NCBI GenBank assembly: GCA_030248215.1
Contig: JASANG010001329.1
Span: forward strand, 372,001 to 436,000
Length of the DNA: 64,000 nucleotides
From: Enoplolaimus lenunculus
Taxonomy: Eukaryota
Direction of reading: 5' to 3'
Positions 30,701-45,700 of the stretch are shown here, one piece after another. The position numbers were made by a program, and so were the translations under genes. Each line of letters opens with the position of its first letter. The stretch's first letter is position 1. The notes below the pieces were generated by a model. The model made no database searches. It was not told where the DNA came from and worked only from the letters and a program-made list of their open reading frames with translations.

Positions 30701-33700
30701 GCAGAGGAAGGCCGGAGAGGGGCTCAGATGGTCTTGAAGAAGTTTCGCTTCCTAAAAAATTTTCAATTTTGCTTATAAGTCATCGATAACCATTGAATGT
30801 ATCTCCTGAAATATGTTTAGCCCTCTAGCAAGGTGAGCTGGCTACGGTCGTGAGGGTTCCCAATATATTTACATTTTTAACTGGAGGAAATGGTTCCACA
30901 GCTGATATCACTTGAAATAGTATCCGCGTAAAATCGTGTCCACCCGGACATTATTTCTCGTCATACAAGCGTCAAATAATGTCCGATACCATGACATATT
31001 GTCCGCCCAAAGAAAATTTACCCACTGCAGTGTTTTTATCAAAAAAGAGCGTTTAGCCAACGCCTTGTTTAATTTGCCCCTACACTAAAGCTGCATTTTT
31101 TTATTTTTTAATCTTACAGTCGTAAATTGACGCCATTATTGGTATGAAATTGACGGTAAAGTACTTTGAAACATGCCAAAATCTGTTTAAAAGTTGAATA
31201 ACAAGGTGTCTATTCCACGTTTGAAGTATGATGCAAGTTAATGGCGGCTAAAACTATATAACAAAACACAAAAACAACATTTCATTTGGCAAGTATTTGC
31301 GTATAGCGCAACCTTTAAGCATGGAAAATAGAAAGCGAAGGTGTGATTACACCGCCAACCATGAATGCATCGCTTGTTTAAACATCTTGATCCGTAAAAC
31401 GTTAAGTTTATTATTAGAGGCAGAATTTGTCTATTTTCGAGTAATTTAGTTTTGTAGTACTTGTTCCTGATAAACAGTTAAAATGCTGTAAGATCACATA
31501 GCGGTTGGAAAGTAAGCAGATGAGCTGTCTCTGAAATTTACAGATTACACTTATTATAGAGAAGCCTATAAAAATACTGTTTTCGAAATAAAAAATTAAT
31601 GGACATGAGCCATGATACTGAATATTGTAAACTGCTTATTTCTTGGCTTGCCTGCCGGAGACTTGCTCGATATTGCTGCAATACATCGTTTGGTTGTTTA
31701 TAAAATATACATACGTACAGATGTGCAAGTGGATAAACATTTCTAAACCGCGTTGCGCTTTACCCGCGGAATTTTTATTCTTTTACCCGCGGGTATACCC
31801 GCGCAAAATTCCCTTACTTGTTACCCACATTTTCCCGCGCAAAATTCCTTTTCTGTTACTGACCTTACCTGCCCTTATTTTTGTTCTGCGTTCAATACGA
31901 TTGTATACTTTTACAGCGCATCGATGTGACTCGCTCGATATACATTACAAAAACTGTTTTTCAGCAACTTTCAAAACAAACCATTAAGTAAAAAATAAAG
32001 ACCGGACAATATTACACATTACACCTACCATCGTTAAAACTGGGTTGTTTGCCGATGCATGATCAGTGAATCAAAACATTTTGTCTCTACAAAATCGTTG
32101 TAGTTAAGAACGTAAGAGCGCATAAATTACACATTTCTTTACTGTTTCGTCGCAATTTGTCTTAAGACCTCTTTTAGAAAGCTGTAAACATATTGTTCGA
32201 CGCCGAAGAAAAATATAACCTCTAATAAGAACGCGAGGAATGCGAGCAAGTGTAATACCATATATTGTTGCTGCCTTTAAAAAAGCCACAGATGAAATGC
32301 AGTTGCCAATATTCCGGTATCGTGGCGTTTGGACATTCATTTTTCAGTTCGAGAACAGTCTTTTCATAGTTTTCTCCATACTTACGATGCAACTTTTAAA
32401 TTTTGAAGATAAATCATCAACCAACATTACAGCCACAATGTGATCGTACACCCTTTATTAATCTTTACCAATATGCTCATACAAAATGAAATTGCTCTAA
32501 ATTGACAATTTCCGGTAACTTAACATACTTTTTGCGGCTCAGCAGGGCACGCGGAGGGTTATGGTGCCCCTCCGAAATCCAACTCCGGGCCCTTTGGGAA
32601 CGGCTAAGCAAAGGTTTTTTCCAGGGGTGGGAGTTCGAAGTTTACCGCTCCCGTAGCCTGAAGTTGGCTCCGAGGCCAACATTTTGAGGCCTGTTTATAG
32701 GTAATTTTTCGCGAGCGAAGCAAGTCTAATACCTGACGTATTTTTGTATTCAAACTTATAAAAACGTTTACGTTTGCGTCCAATGGAATTTTTTAAAATT
32801 ATTTTTTTCTCCAATGCCGTTTTGCTATTACAGATAAATCAACCAAATCTACACATCACACCGGTGGCTCTGAAAGTTCAATGAATTCTCAACCAACTTC
32901 CAGTTTAACCTCGGGTTCACAAATCCGTGGTCCAACGTTCAAAGCGGCATCGAATATAAAGCCAGGTTTGCGACAGTTCGCTTGCTCAGAATTATATATC
33001 TTTGATGAATGTTTAACAAACGTTTGCCTTTTTATACTTTTATCGAACCGCTTAAGCTTAGGCTCTGGGCGTTTAGGCTTAAATTTAGGATTATGCTTAT
33101 ACTTCGAAAAAGACTTTCCTAGCTCTCAGCCTTTTATTTGTAAGGACCAAAATTTTGCTTAATTTTGAAAGCATATGTCAAAAAAGTTCGTTAAATCAAG
33201 TCGTGTTAGAGGCTCTGCCAGGACGAACCAGCTCACCCCCAGGAAAGCTGCGGAAGCGAGTCTCGGCACTGAGTCGGGTTCGTTCTTACAGTAAACGGCT
33301 ACGGAAAAATTGTATTCAGGTTTAAATATGTTGAGCTCTAAATCTTATTTTCTTCAGTGCCGTAGCTACCACCATACCTTCATAATGCATAAGCTCCGGG
33401 GTCCTGGTGTTCTCAGCACAACCGACCCGACATGCCATTCCAAAACATTTCGCTCCTTCAGCGCAGTTCTCGTTCAGCAGCGCGTTATTCTCGCGTATAT
33501 GAACTCTCGCTCGCTTCGCTTACAACATTGTCTATTGCACCCCATTGTATGCACCCACTAGCGGATCCAGAGGGGGTCGGCGAAAGAGCGTACGCCTCCC
33601 ACGTCGAAATTGTTTTTGTCATAAAATTGTAAGGTCCCCACTTCTTACCTTGCATTTTTCCCCTCAAAAATTTTGTTTGTAAAAAAATACAATTGAACAC

Positions 33701-36700
33701 TCAGAAACTATTTTATGATAAAACCTTACAGTTTTTCCCCTTAGAAAAATCTTTCGTGATAAAATGATAAGGTCCCTCCCTGCCTTACAATTTTTGCGTT
33801 TCATAACATTTGCCAGCCCGCCCCTCTATCAGAAATATTTGGATCAGCCTCTGTATACACCCTGGAAGAGCCTATCTCACAGGTTCGGGGGGCGCTAGGG
33901 CACGCTATATTTTTAGCTTATATTTTAGCCGTATGGAAGCCTGGCAACAATTCAACAAATCCAACAATTCCTCCGCCCAAAGCTCCTAAGCCGTTAATCA
34001 ACCATGGTTTATCATCAAATGAACCTGACCATATCGCGACTGAAACTAACACCTCAACCGCTGGCCAAAACGCTCCACCTCAACCGCGTTTAACATCTGC
34101 ACCGTATACTCGTCAGAATCATAACGGTGAACTGAACAATGCAATAAGCTCACCTACTAAACTAGAATCGGATAAAATCCCGGTAAGTGTTAAGCCCTAT
34201 TGACAAGTGATAGTTTTTGCTTCGAGAACTTGCAGTTACAAATTGCACGCAGAACTTGCATGTTTTCATCAGCCAATGAGAAAGCGGTTGCAATCAATTC
34301 AACGAACTTGCACAGTTGTTTACACATGTGAACTATATTCCTAGCTATGATTTTTAATGAATTATTTGCAGCTGCAAGTTTTTCAAACGGGATTTTGAAC
34401 AAAACTTGCAACGGCAAATTGTAGCTCCTAGTTCTCGCAGCAAAAACTGGCGCATGTGAATAGGGATTTAGTTTTGTTTTGCATATTATACTTAGATTAT
34501 ACATATTAAAAACTAAGATGGTATTTTCAGCCGTGTACTTATACCGGAACCTACCACCAGCTCGCAATTCGATTATCCTACTTCTGCTCCATTTTGAGAT
34601 CCGCAATTGCAGGAACTTGTCAGTTTGCATTCCTATCGCTAACTGGTTATATGTGCTATGCGCAGTTTAGAATACGGGCTTTTTCCCTCGTTCTCCTGCG
34701 GTTCAACAATATCCTCGTTGCATAAATCTTCGCAACGAATATAATCTTGTCAAAATATTTCACTTTTGCTATTAGCTTTTGGCTTCATATAAACCTTTCT
34801 TTCCAGCACCATATATAATATAAGGGAGTAGTCAAATCGTGGATTTTTAACAATTAGAAGCCGTATTCTCAACTGCGTTTAGCACTTATGACCAGTTCGT
34901 GATAGGTCCTGTAACTTTGGAACAAGCGCATGGTGAGGTTCGAAATTCAGCACATTGTTCGCGTTTAATTTGCAATACATTTGTACCAATGTTGTAATCT
35001 GCGATTGTAGATGTTCGTCAGTTTTAAAACCTATCGCTAACTGATCATAGGCACTATACGCGTTTGAGAATATGGGCCTAGATCTCAATTTGGCTTTTAT
35101 TCCAAAGATGATTCGCCTTGATAAGCTTGCTGATGTACAGCTTCTGATTATTTTATTCAGTTGTACTGTTGTGATGTAGTTCTTTAATTTTGTCCGCTAT
35201 ATGTCAATTTTTTTGCGTTTTGGAAAACTTCATTAAAACTCCAAATAGGATAACTTTATTATTTTTCTTAAATTCTATACTTTTTCATTTTAAAAACGTG
35301 CTGAATATGACCAGTAATTAGGTTGCATGTACATAAGACCAGTTCAGGCCTGTAGCCAACTCACCTCGCTAAGAAGCTAAACAGTTATTCAGTAGGGGCA
35401 TAGAATGGTTTGCAATGATTTACATGTACGGTTGAAAAGTTTCTTGTTGAGACAAAAATATTTCGGTGGGAAGAATCTGAGCTCCCCTGGCTCAACTTTG
35501 ACTGCGGTGCCACAATGTTGGAAAAGTGAACGGGAAATTAGGTTACTCTTAGTCGAAATTAAGCGTGTTCAATAATCCAGACAACGAAACCCGAAGCTAC
35601 TGCTTCCTGAGTAATTTGTTTTTTATCTTCCTGACGTAACCGATTTATACTAACGCTGCGAATTTTGTCTGCTGTGAGCTAATGTTATCATTTTGTGCAA
35701 GAAGCATTCCAGTTACGTTTCTTGATCCAAAATTAAGTTATTCATTTATCTGCTCAAAATTCAAAATGTAGTTTCAGTTTTCAGTCTGTGTGGATGTTTT
35801 TATTCGTTTCAAACCGCTGATTCTTTAAGCAGCCGAGATGGATCTTAAACTGACTGGAGGGAGGCGCTCAAAACTGTATCTTAGAAATGTTTGAAACAGT
35901 TCGAAGAATCGTTACCTTAATACATTATGTCTTATTGGGAATCGAACATCAGACGGCCTCAACGCCAGAATATGAAATCTTTACAGCACAGGGTACAACT
36001 TTATTTCTAAAGTAGTTAATGAAAATTTACCTAATATAGAAGTCTTTATGAAAAACCTCTGGCCGTTAAGGCGATAGCCCGTCGTGCTTCCTGCCGTTGT
36101 TGCGGACCCAATACACGTTCCACAGGAATGCATGCTTTAGTTTATTTTGATGTGTTCTCGCTATTTTAGGAACACAATGAAACTGACAATCAAAGGTTCG
36201 AAACTGTGGCTTCTGATCAACCTGTCTTACCGGGAGGGGACTTTAAAAACGCTCAGAACATATGTGTCCCACCTTTGAATATAAACCAAACAACTGAATC
36301 CAAAAATTTGGCATCAGCGCAAACTGAAAGTTCAACAACGATTACAGAACACAAAACAGCTACAAACGATATTAATATTACTGACGAAGAAAAGTTTCCA
36401 ACTCCTCCAAGCGAACGCCAGCTAAAATGCAACCGAGATCTGAATATATCACCAGAATATGAATTATCAGTAGCCAAATCGACTAACGGAAACGATGAAG
36501 CCTTAACAAATACGACGGGAAAGTCTACGCCCAAGCAGCAACAGCATCAAGAATCCGGAGTTGAGTATCTTGAAAAACGAAGCGTAGCAAGTTTGCGGTC
36601 TGAAATACTGTCCCAAATGCAAGCCGGCACTGGGGCATCGATACATTTCAAGGCGGGCAAAAACGTTGAGGGTTTCGCAAGCGAAGCAGCATCGTCACAA

Positions 36701-39700
36701 CCGTTTCATCGACATTATTCGCTAAATCCTTCTCAAATACGATCGTTAAGGTCTGAAAAACGAGCAATGAATGGATCAGTACTCAATAGACCGACAAATC
36801 GTGGTCAGATTGCTGATTCAGAAACAGCAGATGCCGGCACGTATTGCCATGTAGCCAATGAGACTCGAAAACGCGTCACCGAAACTAAACTATCCAATGG
36901 TTGTGAAGATTCGACGTTAAATGTAAACAATCACAGCCACGAGTCGCGAACGCCGGAAAAACTAACCAATAAACAGCCAGAGTATGACTTGTTCAACGAA
37001 ACATTGAATAAAACGACCAATGATCGTGATGAATCCACTACAACTGGAAATAAAATTAATTCAGCCAAAACTAATGACAATGGTAGTTTACAACCAATCC
37101 AACACAGCACATCAACATTAGTGCAACAATGCGCGACAATTAAAGAAAGCATTAAAACAACAACGCTTCATGCTTTGGACAGTACCAGCAAAACACTAAA
37201 AGAAAACAGCGCTTCGGCAGATTATAAACCAACAATGATAAATTATAGTGTACTAAAGCTTCATCAACCTTGTATCGATACACGACAGGAAACAACAGAA
37301 ATTCAGCCGAAATTTGCACAATTATGCAGTCCAACATCAGCGGCGATAAAAGCAGCAACACATAGCGCATCACAGTCCGCGTGGATTTCGGAAGTACGAA
37401 AAAGCACAAGTCCTGTTCCAACGGTACGTTAAATTGTAGATGCATTTTAAAACAGTTTAAATTAATGGAAGATATGGAGGGTGACAGGCAGGTCCTCAGA
37501 TATGGAATCTGAGCCTCAATCCCGCCTGTTGGATGGTGCTCACTTGTAAGGTAAGTAGGGTGTAGCAGCTTATAGAAAAAAACGGGCACACATTTGTGGG
37601 GCACAATCTATTATAATGGAAGAAAACTCGCGAGATAAGCAAACAGGAAGCCAAATAAGTGTAGATAACGCAATGTTTATGCAAAGGCTACAGACTATAT
37701 ATATATATATCTATTTCTACCACAGTGAATACGCTGCGAACTGATCCGAAGGGACAATTTACGCCAGGTCGTTGGCCCAACTGGGATTAAACCTAAAATT
37801 TTTTGTTGAGGTAAGATAATCGCTTTTGAGTTCTCGCCCGCTAACTTATTATTTATCGCGTGGCTTATATGAAAAACGTCAATATTCGTCACAGGCCACC
37901 ACTGGTCTTCACAGAAACACTTCAACTCAAATGTTGAGGATAAACTCAAAATGGAACGTCAGAATTTATTCGTTTCAAAACATGCATGGCGTTTTAAAGC
38001 GTGTTTGTATAGCTTTTTACGTTTGTTTTGCGTTTGCTTCGTGTAGAAGATATTTGTTATTATTACTGCCTTGGCAATTGAAAATGGTAACTCTGTATTT
38101 TGATAAGTTTCTTCTGATGTTAAGAATTACGTGTACTTCAAGCTAATTTTCGTCCTTGAGAGTCAGAAGAATTAATGAAAAAAATTACCTTACAAATTTT
38201 AAATTTCGTATTGCAAATACGCGCAAAGAAATTTTGCTTGCAACGCTATTTGCATGACTACAGTAATAACAATAAGCCGGATCGCAACTACTCGTGGCTA
38301 GGAAGGCATCGCCTAAACCTAAGCATAAACCTAATCCTAATTTTATGGAAGCTTTGTCAAAATCTTAAAATTTCGAAAACAGCGAGGAAGTGTACAAAGT
38401 ATATATATGCCCTAACGCCTGAACTGTGACTGATAACAACCATAAATATAATAGTAAAAAATATTAAAAGATATATCCATAGTCTGCCTTTGCCAATTAA
38501 CGAAGCATTTTTCAGATTCCACCGGCACCTAAAATCGATGACAAATCTTCGTTGCCGTACGGTTTCCTGTCACCAGGCGTTGCTTCTCGGATACCAGGCA
38601 CAAAACTTCCTGTATTTCCCAGCGATCATAACCGGCGAATTGGCTCTGGTCACTCTGGTGTTAAAAATATCGATCCACCGCGTATTAATGAACCCGAATA
38701 TAGTTCAATTTCTAAAGCGCATTACTACAATCGGCAACATTTTACACCTGAACATGCTCTTAGCACCACAAAACGAACACTAACCAGCTCTAAATCTCAC
38801 TATGAGTCAATCTCAAAATACTCAAGTGGGCCGTATGATTTAGCGGAAAATTCAACCAAACCCGCGACTTCTACCAGGCCAGCATCAACACTACCGTTTG
38901 ATTCAAGTCATACGCGCACGCCGCCACGTGATTACTCAGCAGAGTTAAAATATAAGCCACACCATGTTTATAATTCATCAGTTGAATATGATCGCGATCG
39001 TTTATTCACCAAACGGCCGGCTTCAACAGTGCCTGCTGGTGGAATAACAGACTTCGCAACAGAACATCGCATTTATCAGCATCCACCAACGTCTTCATGT
39101 ACGGTCAGCGAAGCTCTTTCGTCTCTGAGTGCAGCAGTGAATAATTTAGCTTCGTTACAAAAATCATCTACGTTCAGTGTGCCGCCGGAAGCGTTCAAAC
39201 GGACCAATCAAAATCGAGCGTCAACACCACGAAGAACACCGGAACGATACCAAACTGAACAAGGTAAGGATTGGAGAGGTGAAAATCTGTTCAAAATAAC
39301 TCAAGGACGGATGATACAAGGGAGCAGTGGCGGATCCAGGATTTCAAAATGGGGGGGGGGGCCAAAATTTCACAGGTAATAAACTAATTTTTTCACCGAC
39401 ACACAAACCACGAACTATTGCCATAAAATTGCTACATAATTTTTGTCGAGATTCTGTTGGGGAGGCACGGTCGGGGTGCCCCCCATGGATCCGCCATTGC
39501 AGGGGTGGGGGATGCTTCCCCCACCGGCTTCCGAGTGTCAATTTTTTCAGGGTGAAAACCAACGTAAGCTATAATGGCACTTATGACAAGTAAAAGGATA
39601 TCAGAAGTATTCTACAGTTTATTAACAAGTGCTACGTAAATATTTGGTCTCCTATTCCTCAGACCCGTAGCCAGCACATTTTGCTAGTGCGGACAAAATT

Positions 39701-42700
39701 TTCTCCGAAGGGAAACATAAGGCTTTTGTTGACTTACAAGCAAGGTTGAAAATTTTATAGGCAATGCACGTTGGATTTATTCCGATGTGCAAATATATTA
39801 ATTGTACCATGCTTCCACCTGTCACTAAAGTAAACAACCCATTTTTCATTTTATCAAGTTAGTGCGATCTCTAACCTGTAACCGCAAATATTCTAATGAA
39901 TGGAATTGTGACAGAGAACTAGCATATTGGTTAAGGTGGGACTCGAAGGCTTTATCCGCATTTCACCCTCAATTCACAAAACTATATAAAGATAAATTGT
40001 TACACACAGTAGCTTAACAGCAACACTGTATGAGAATCAGGAGTGTACATAAAGAACAGGGTATAGGGGATATGACATAAGTATCTCTCTATTGAAAACC
40101 TTATGAGAAAAAGAAAAACGTACTTTTACAGGCTTTAGAATAAACCTGCTAGATTCTAAGCCCGTATTCTCAAATGTGTGTAGCACCTATTACCAGTAGG
40201 TGATAGGCCTTGTAACTTTCGAAGCAGGCAATAGTAAGGTTTGAAATTCAGCACATTTATTGCGTTCCATTTTCTCTGCTACTGTGCAAATTTAAGATCT
40301 GTAACTGCAACAGTGCGTTAGTTCGAAAACCTATTAATACTAACTGGTGTACAGGTGCTATATGCATTTGAGAATATGGGCCCTAGTCCAAAAAATTGTT
40401 TTGGCGTTCTACGATTCGTAAATAAACGCCTATTAATACGCCCATGATAAAAATGCATTAAAGCGAAACGATTTTTGTTTACACCTTGGAACTTGTACTG
40501 TGGTACGTGTAGACGGACATAAAGCAAGGTCTATTATAATTTACCAACACAAGAGACCATAGGTTCATTGTTCAACCAATTTGGAGTGCGGAACATCCGT
40601 TCGACTTTAGCAATTATTGCATGGCCAATAGATAATATGTACGCAAATAAATGTTTATCTTGGTTTTGCAGGCAAGACAAAGAAATAAGTTTTGTTATAG
40701 GGAGTATTAATATTGTTGACGTTACTTATAAAATTGTTTTTGGAGTCATGACAGGTGTAAGTTATAAGGGTGGCGTTATACTTGTTTCGGGCGGCGCCGT
40801 CCGTCACCGTCATCAGTTACCGTGCGGTAACGTATGCCAGCAATTCACATACAATACCGAACGACGACGTACGGTGACGGACGGTGGCGTACAGTCACGT
40901 ACGGTACGCACAAGTTTAAGATCTGGTAAACCCTTTCCTAAACCTAAGCCTAAGCATAAAGCCTCAGGAGAAAAGTGTGCAAGAGCCGCTGGCAGGTTAA
41001 ACTCACTTATTTGGAGTATATGGTCAAAACGCAACGCGTAGTGGTACGTTTGATACCATGCAATCTTAGATAAAGTTGCATACTCTTGTCTTAAGACCCA
41101 TCATGAATTATTGTCTCTATCAATTACCAAAAGTATTATCGTTATACGTCAGGCGAAAGCGGAAGTCGAACATCTATAAACTGACATTATTTTTATCAAA
41201 AGCATCTATTTTAACCAATACTATTGGCTAAGCATTCGCCAAGTTGTAGTTTTTTACACTTGGAAAGTTAACCATAAAGGCTGGCTTGTATATGCTTCGA
41301 GGAAGTGTGGATACTGTCAGTTCGCAGGCCTGTAACCAGTTTACCTTGCTAGAGGAGGCTAAAAATATTCATGAGGGGCATACAAGGATTTTCGATGACT
41401 TACAAGCTAGGTTGAAAGTTTTCTGGGGGGGGGGGGCAAAATTCTTCCAGGTGGAGCTGACACCTTCCTGGCCCCTCTCTGGCAACGGGCCCGTGGCAGT
41501 TGGTTGGTACTTATATCTTCTCTGTGTCTAGAGTTTTTTCTGCCAAACTGACTTGGTTTCATAAAAAAGGCTCCCATATGGTTCAGCGGGCAGAGTGAGA
41601 GAGTCGCGAACAGTGTTTAGCTTTTCCCGTGCGTATATGATACATGGTCTTGTATGAGTATTGTTTAGCAAAGGCAACTATGGTATGCTCGTAGCTCAGC
41701 TAATACCATGGAATCAGGCAGATACGTGAAAGGGAGGGTGGGCGGCAGCAGCACCCCTCTGGATTTTCAAAGCAATTTTTCATATTCAGTTTCATCACTA
41801 GCTATGTCTATTGAAATTTGAAATTTGCACCAGTTACTGCAGTTTATTTAACATTCACTTCAGTGAGTCCTATAAACCAGTATTGTGACGCCGCCCGCGA
41901 CTAAATACTCTGGGCCTTGGTTTGGCTTTGGTTTGGTTCTTTTAAATTGGTGTCGCCGGCCGCAAATAAATCAGAGCTCTGAAAGAGTTAATTTAAAAAG
42001 AAAATGTGGCCAAATCGCATTCGTTTAACTGGGTTTAGCTGGTAAATATGACGTTTGTGAGATTGTGTTTTGTTTGCCGAAGACCGATGTGTAGAATTAG
42101 GAACGCTGTTAAGTGATCGCTTGTTACCGAATTTTGCTCAATTTTTTTGTTTCAGCTGAGGCACGTTTCGAAAGTCTGGTTAGATATGATCGGTTTCAAA
42201 ACATAATTGTCTAGGGCCCATGATGTAGCGGTGTCAGGGTCGGAACATTTTTCTGCGGGACTGTAATAGAGTAAGCTTAAGCTTTAGGCTAATTTTTTTG
42301 CTTAGTTTTAAGCTCATGCTTAGGCTCAGGAATATTATGTTTATACTACTGTTTCTTAGTTATCATCAACATATTTTAAAACCTGAATATTTTAAACGGT
42401 AGTCATGTAGATACACTAAGATACATTTACACCGTTTTAAAGCAATTTTTCTAATACAAATATTTCAATTTCAATTACTTTCGAATAGAAACTGAGTTGT
42501 GCTAAATATCGGGTAGTAGCATTGTAATAGTGAACGTTTGTAATGTTTAATATAGCGAAATCTTTGTTGTTGTTTGTACCCAATATATAGCCTCGTAATG
42601 GCAAGGTTAGAGCAGTAGAGAGGTAAATCTATACTTTTTTTAATATAGCGAAATCTACGTTGTTCTTTGTACCCGGTATACAGCGTCCTAATGGCAAATT

Positions 42701-45700
42701 TAAAACAGCAGAGAGGTAAATCTGTACTTTCTAAGTACGAGCCTTAGCGCAACTCAAAGTAAAATTTTGACGGAGTACATACTCTATATTGTGCTGCATA
42801 AAATAAGAATTTGTTATATCGATTATCAATGGTTTCTTATCGTCTAAAAGTGCAGGCTAACTTTAGTTGTTCATCTTATAAAATGAAGTAATCACACCTT
42901 AGCGTCGAACGGGTTTGTTTGCCAATTCTCAAGTTTCATATGTAATATTTCTTAAATTGTAGCTTTTCTCCCACACTCAGCGTTTGATTGTGTTGGATGG
43001 TGTTGTTTTAGACGTTTGAGACAAACAGATTTTTGTCAGTACCATTCACAATGCCAATGCGAAGCTGGCAGTAGTAAAATCGGGGCGATTGCAATTTCGA
43101 CGAAACACCCTATCGTGCTGACATTTTTGTGTTGGAAATGGTTTGTGTGAAAGTTAGATGTGTTTTCTCGCCAATTAGCGGAAAAACTCTGAAACAGCAG
43201 TTGTTTAGAAATTTTGTGCCTTTGGCACAATTTTAAACCTTTCCATGTCGATTTAACCTACAAAACATGCTTAAAAACTATACAATTTAAAACAGTCAAA
43301 GTTTCCATCCGTTGAGCCATCAGAAAAAATACTAGATGTACCTCTGTAATTTGCTTGCTAATGCCTGAAAGTGCTTGGCTTCATCTAATCTATGATATTT
43401 ATGGTTAATGTTACTTTAAGGGGCGTAACAGTAAATTAAGCGTATTCCTAAGCGTAAGCCTAAGCAAAAAATGTAGCCTAGAATCTAAACATACTGTTTT
43501 ATGGACCCACCATAAACCTGGACGCCTCTTAAAGTAACATGGGCCTGTTGAATTAAACGTTTATTTGTCTTGCCTCAATAGCTTTCGCGATCATGCAAGG
43601 TCATACTTAGGAATGTACTTTCAAAATTTAAGCATGGGCCGTATTTAGGAAAAACCAAAATCTAAATTTCGAACAAAAATTTCTAACTTTCACTAGCCAG
43701 TTTCTGCTGCAAAAAGTTTTTGGAACATAAGATATTTGCTAATATGATATGGATATCTGAGCAACAGCCGTATAAACACCGCTGGGAAATAAGTCCGTTG
43801 AAAAATTTAGTTAAAATAAAATCAGTTGCTTCTGTCGTCAAGCAGTGGCGGTATTAGTTGAAACTGATATCAATTTTTCTAAGTTAGCAGCACAAATGCG
43901 TTGTCTAACTTAAAACCGAGATCGAGACGGAATCTATCAAATACAGGTACTGGCCGAGTCTGAGACTCCCATTCCTGTTTATGAGGTTCTTTCCTCGCAC
44001 TTTTGCGCAGGGGAGCAAAAGCATACAAGCAGGGATGGGCAATATATTTTCCCGAAATTTCTGAAAAACCGAGAAAACGGTATTTTTTCAAAGTTTAGAA
44101 TAACCTTGCTGGATTACTTACATAAAATTATATTTATCCTTAAATAAAACCCTACTTACACGCAAAAAATTTTTGTGTTAAAATGGTAAGGTCCACCTTA
44201 CAATTTTTCGCCCTCAAAAAAGTTGTTGGTGATAAAATGATAAGGTCCCAAACTTACAATTTTTGCGTTTCATAACATTTGCCAGCCCGCCACCCCCGTC
44301 AGAAAATTTTTAGTGAAAAACAATTTTACCCGCAGAATTTTTTTGTGATAAAATGGTAAGGTCCACCTTACAATTTTTCGCCCTCAAAACAGTTGTTGGT
44401 GATAAAATGAAAAGGTTCCTAACTTACAATTTTTGCGTTTCATAACATTTGCCAGCCCGCCACCCCCGTCAGAAAATTTTGGATCCGCCTCTGCTTACAC
44501 GTTTTACCTCTGAATTTGCAACTCAGGTGAACGGCAAACCACAACCACGTGTTTCAACGGTTTTAGTCGAAACTGGCATTGCTACCTGATTTTTTTGTAG
44601 TTTGTGGTAAGCTTCTCATTAAAAATTCAAGAAAGTTTTTTTGAAAAAAATTGCAACTGACAGGCAAGAAAGCCCGGACAAAGTTTTCAACGTTTTTTCA
44701 ATCGCACCATAATGGTTGTCATTGTAGCTGTGTGTGACTACTTCGATGCCTTCTTATTAAAAATTACCACTAATGGGAAAGGATTTCGTTCTTGAAAATT
44801 GAAATTTTTTGACCGTAGAATTGTTTCTTTATGGACCTGTACCGTTATCGCTCTCTGATAAAGCGACATTCTATACCGTCTTAAAGTATAAAAAAATTGC
44901 TAAAACCGCGCTTCAAAACAGTAAAATTTTGGAACACAAAAGCTATGCTAACGAATCACAAAATCCTGTATCCGCCACTATTTTTGAATCAATCAGTAAA
45001 TTCAAGAGTGGATGATCTCTTAAACAAGAGTATACAAAACGCTTTGTTTTGCACGGAACTAAATCTACCAGCACTCGCTGCGTTTTGGTCCTACCCCCCT
45101 CATTTGGGGGGGGGGTCAATTTTACGTTCATTAAACGTGTATCCGCCAGCCAACACCGAAAATATAATCGAACCACTTTTCAGTATATGAAAACAGCACA
45201 TGAATTTCAGCATCTATGAAGATTTTGACACCTCCCAAAATAAAGGGGGGTAAGCCAAAAATGCAACGCGCGCTGGGTACATTTTTTCTACATAGAATGT
45301 ACCCAGTTGCATACTCTTGTTAAAGGGTATCATGCACTCTTGATAAATTATATAGAACATCCAGACTCGGGCAGGGCCAAGCTTAGTGTCGTTAACATTT
45401 GGGGCCTCACATTAACTTTAACAGGTTCTACTTTGACTTCAAGGTCCCCTCACGCCTTGAGCACTGCACTGTGTTCTGGTAACAATCCTGAACGCAGACA
45501 AGGTTTATACAGATCTGATATTGCATAACTATATCATGTTTTATATGAAGCAAATATTACATAGGTATTCTGAAATTTCCTCGTCGTAGGGATGTTCATT
45601 TTCGTTGTCGCGCTAATTTTCTATGCAAAAATTTACATCTGAACATTTAATACAGTACCACTTGTTCAACAGACGGGTTCTGGGGTCGAGGAAGCTCAGC

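Noticed and set aside
39264..39593. C-terminal extension of ORF 38552..39379 and ORF 39327..39593
   Set aside because: They lie downstream of a consensus donor and run into a family B MITE.
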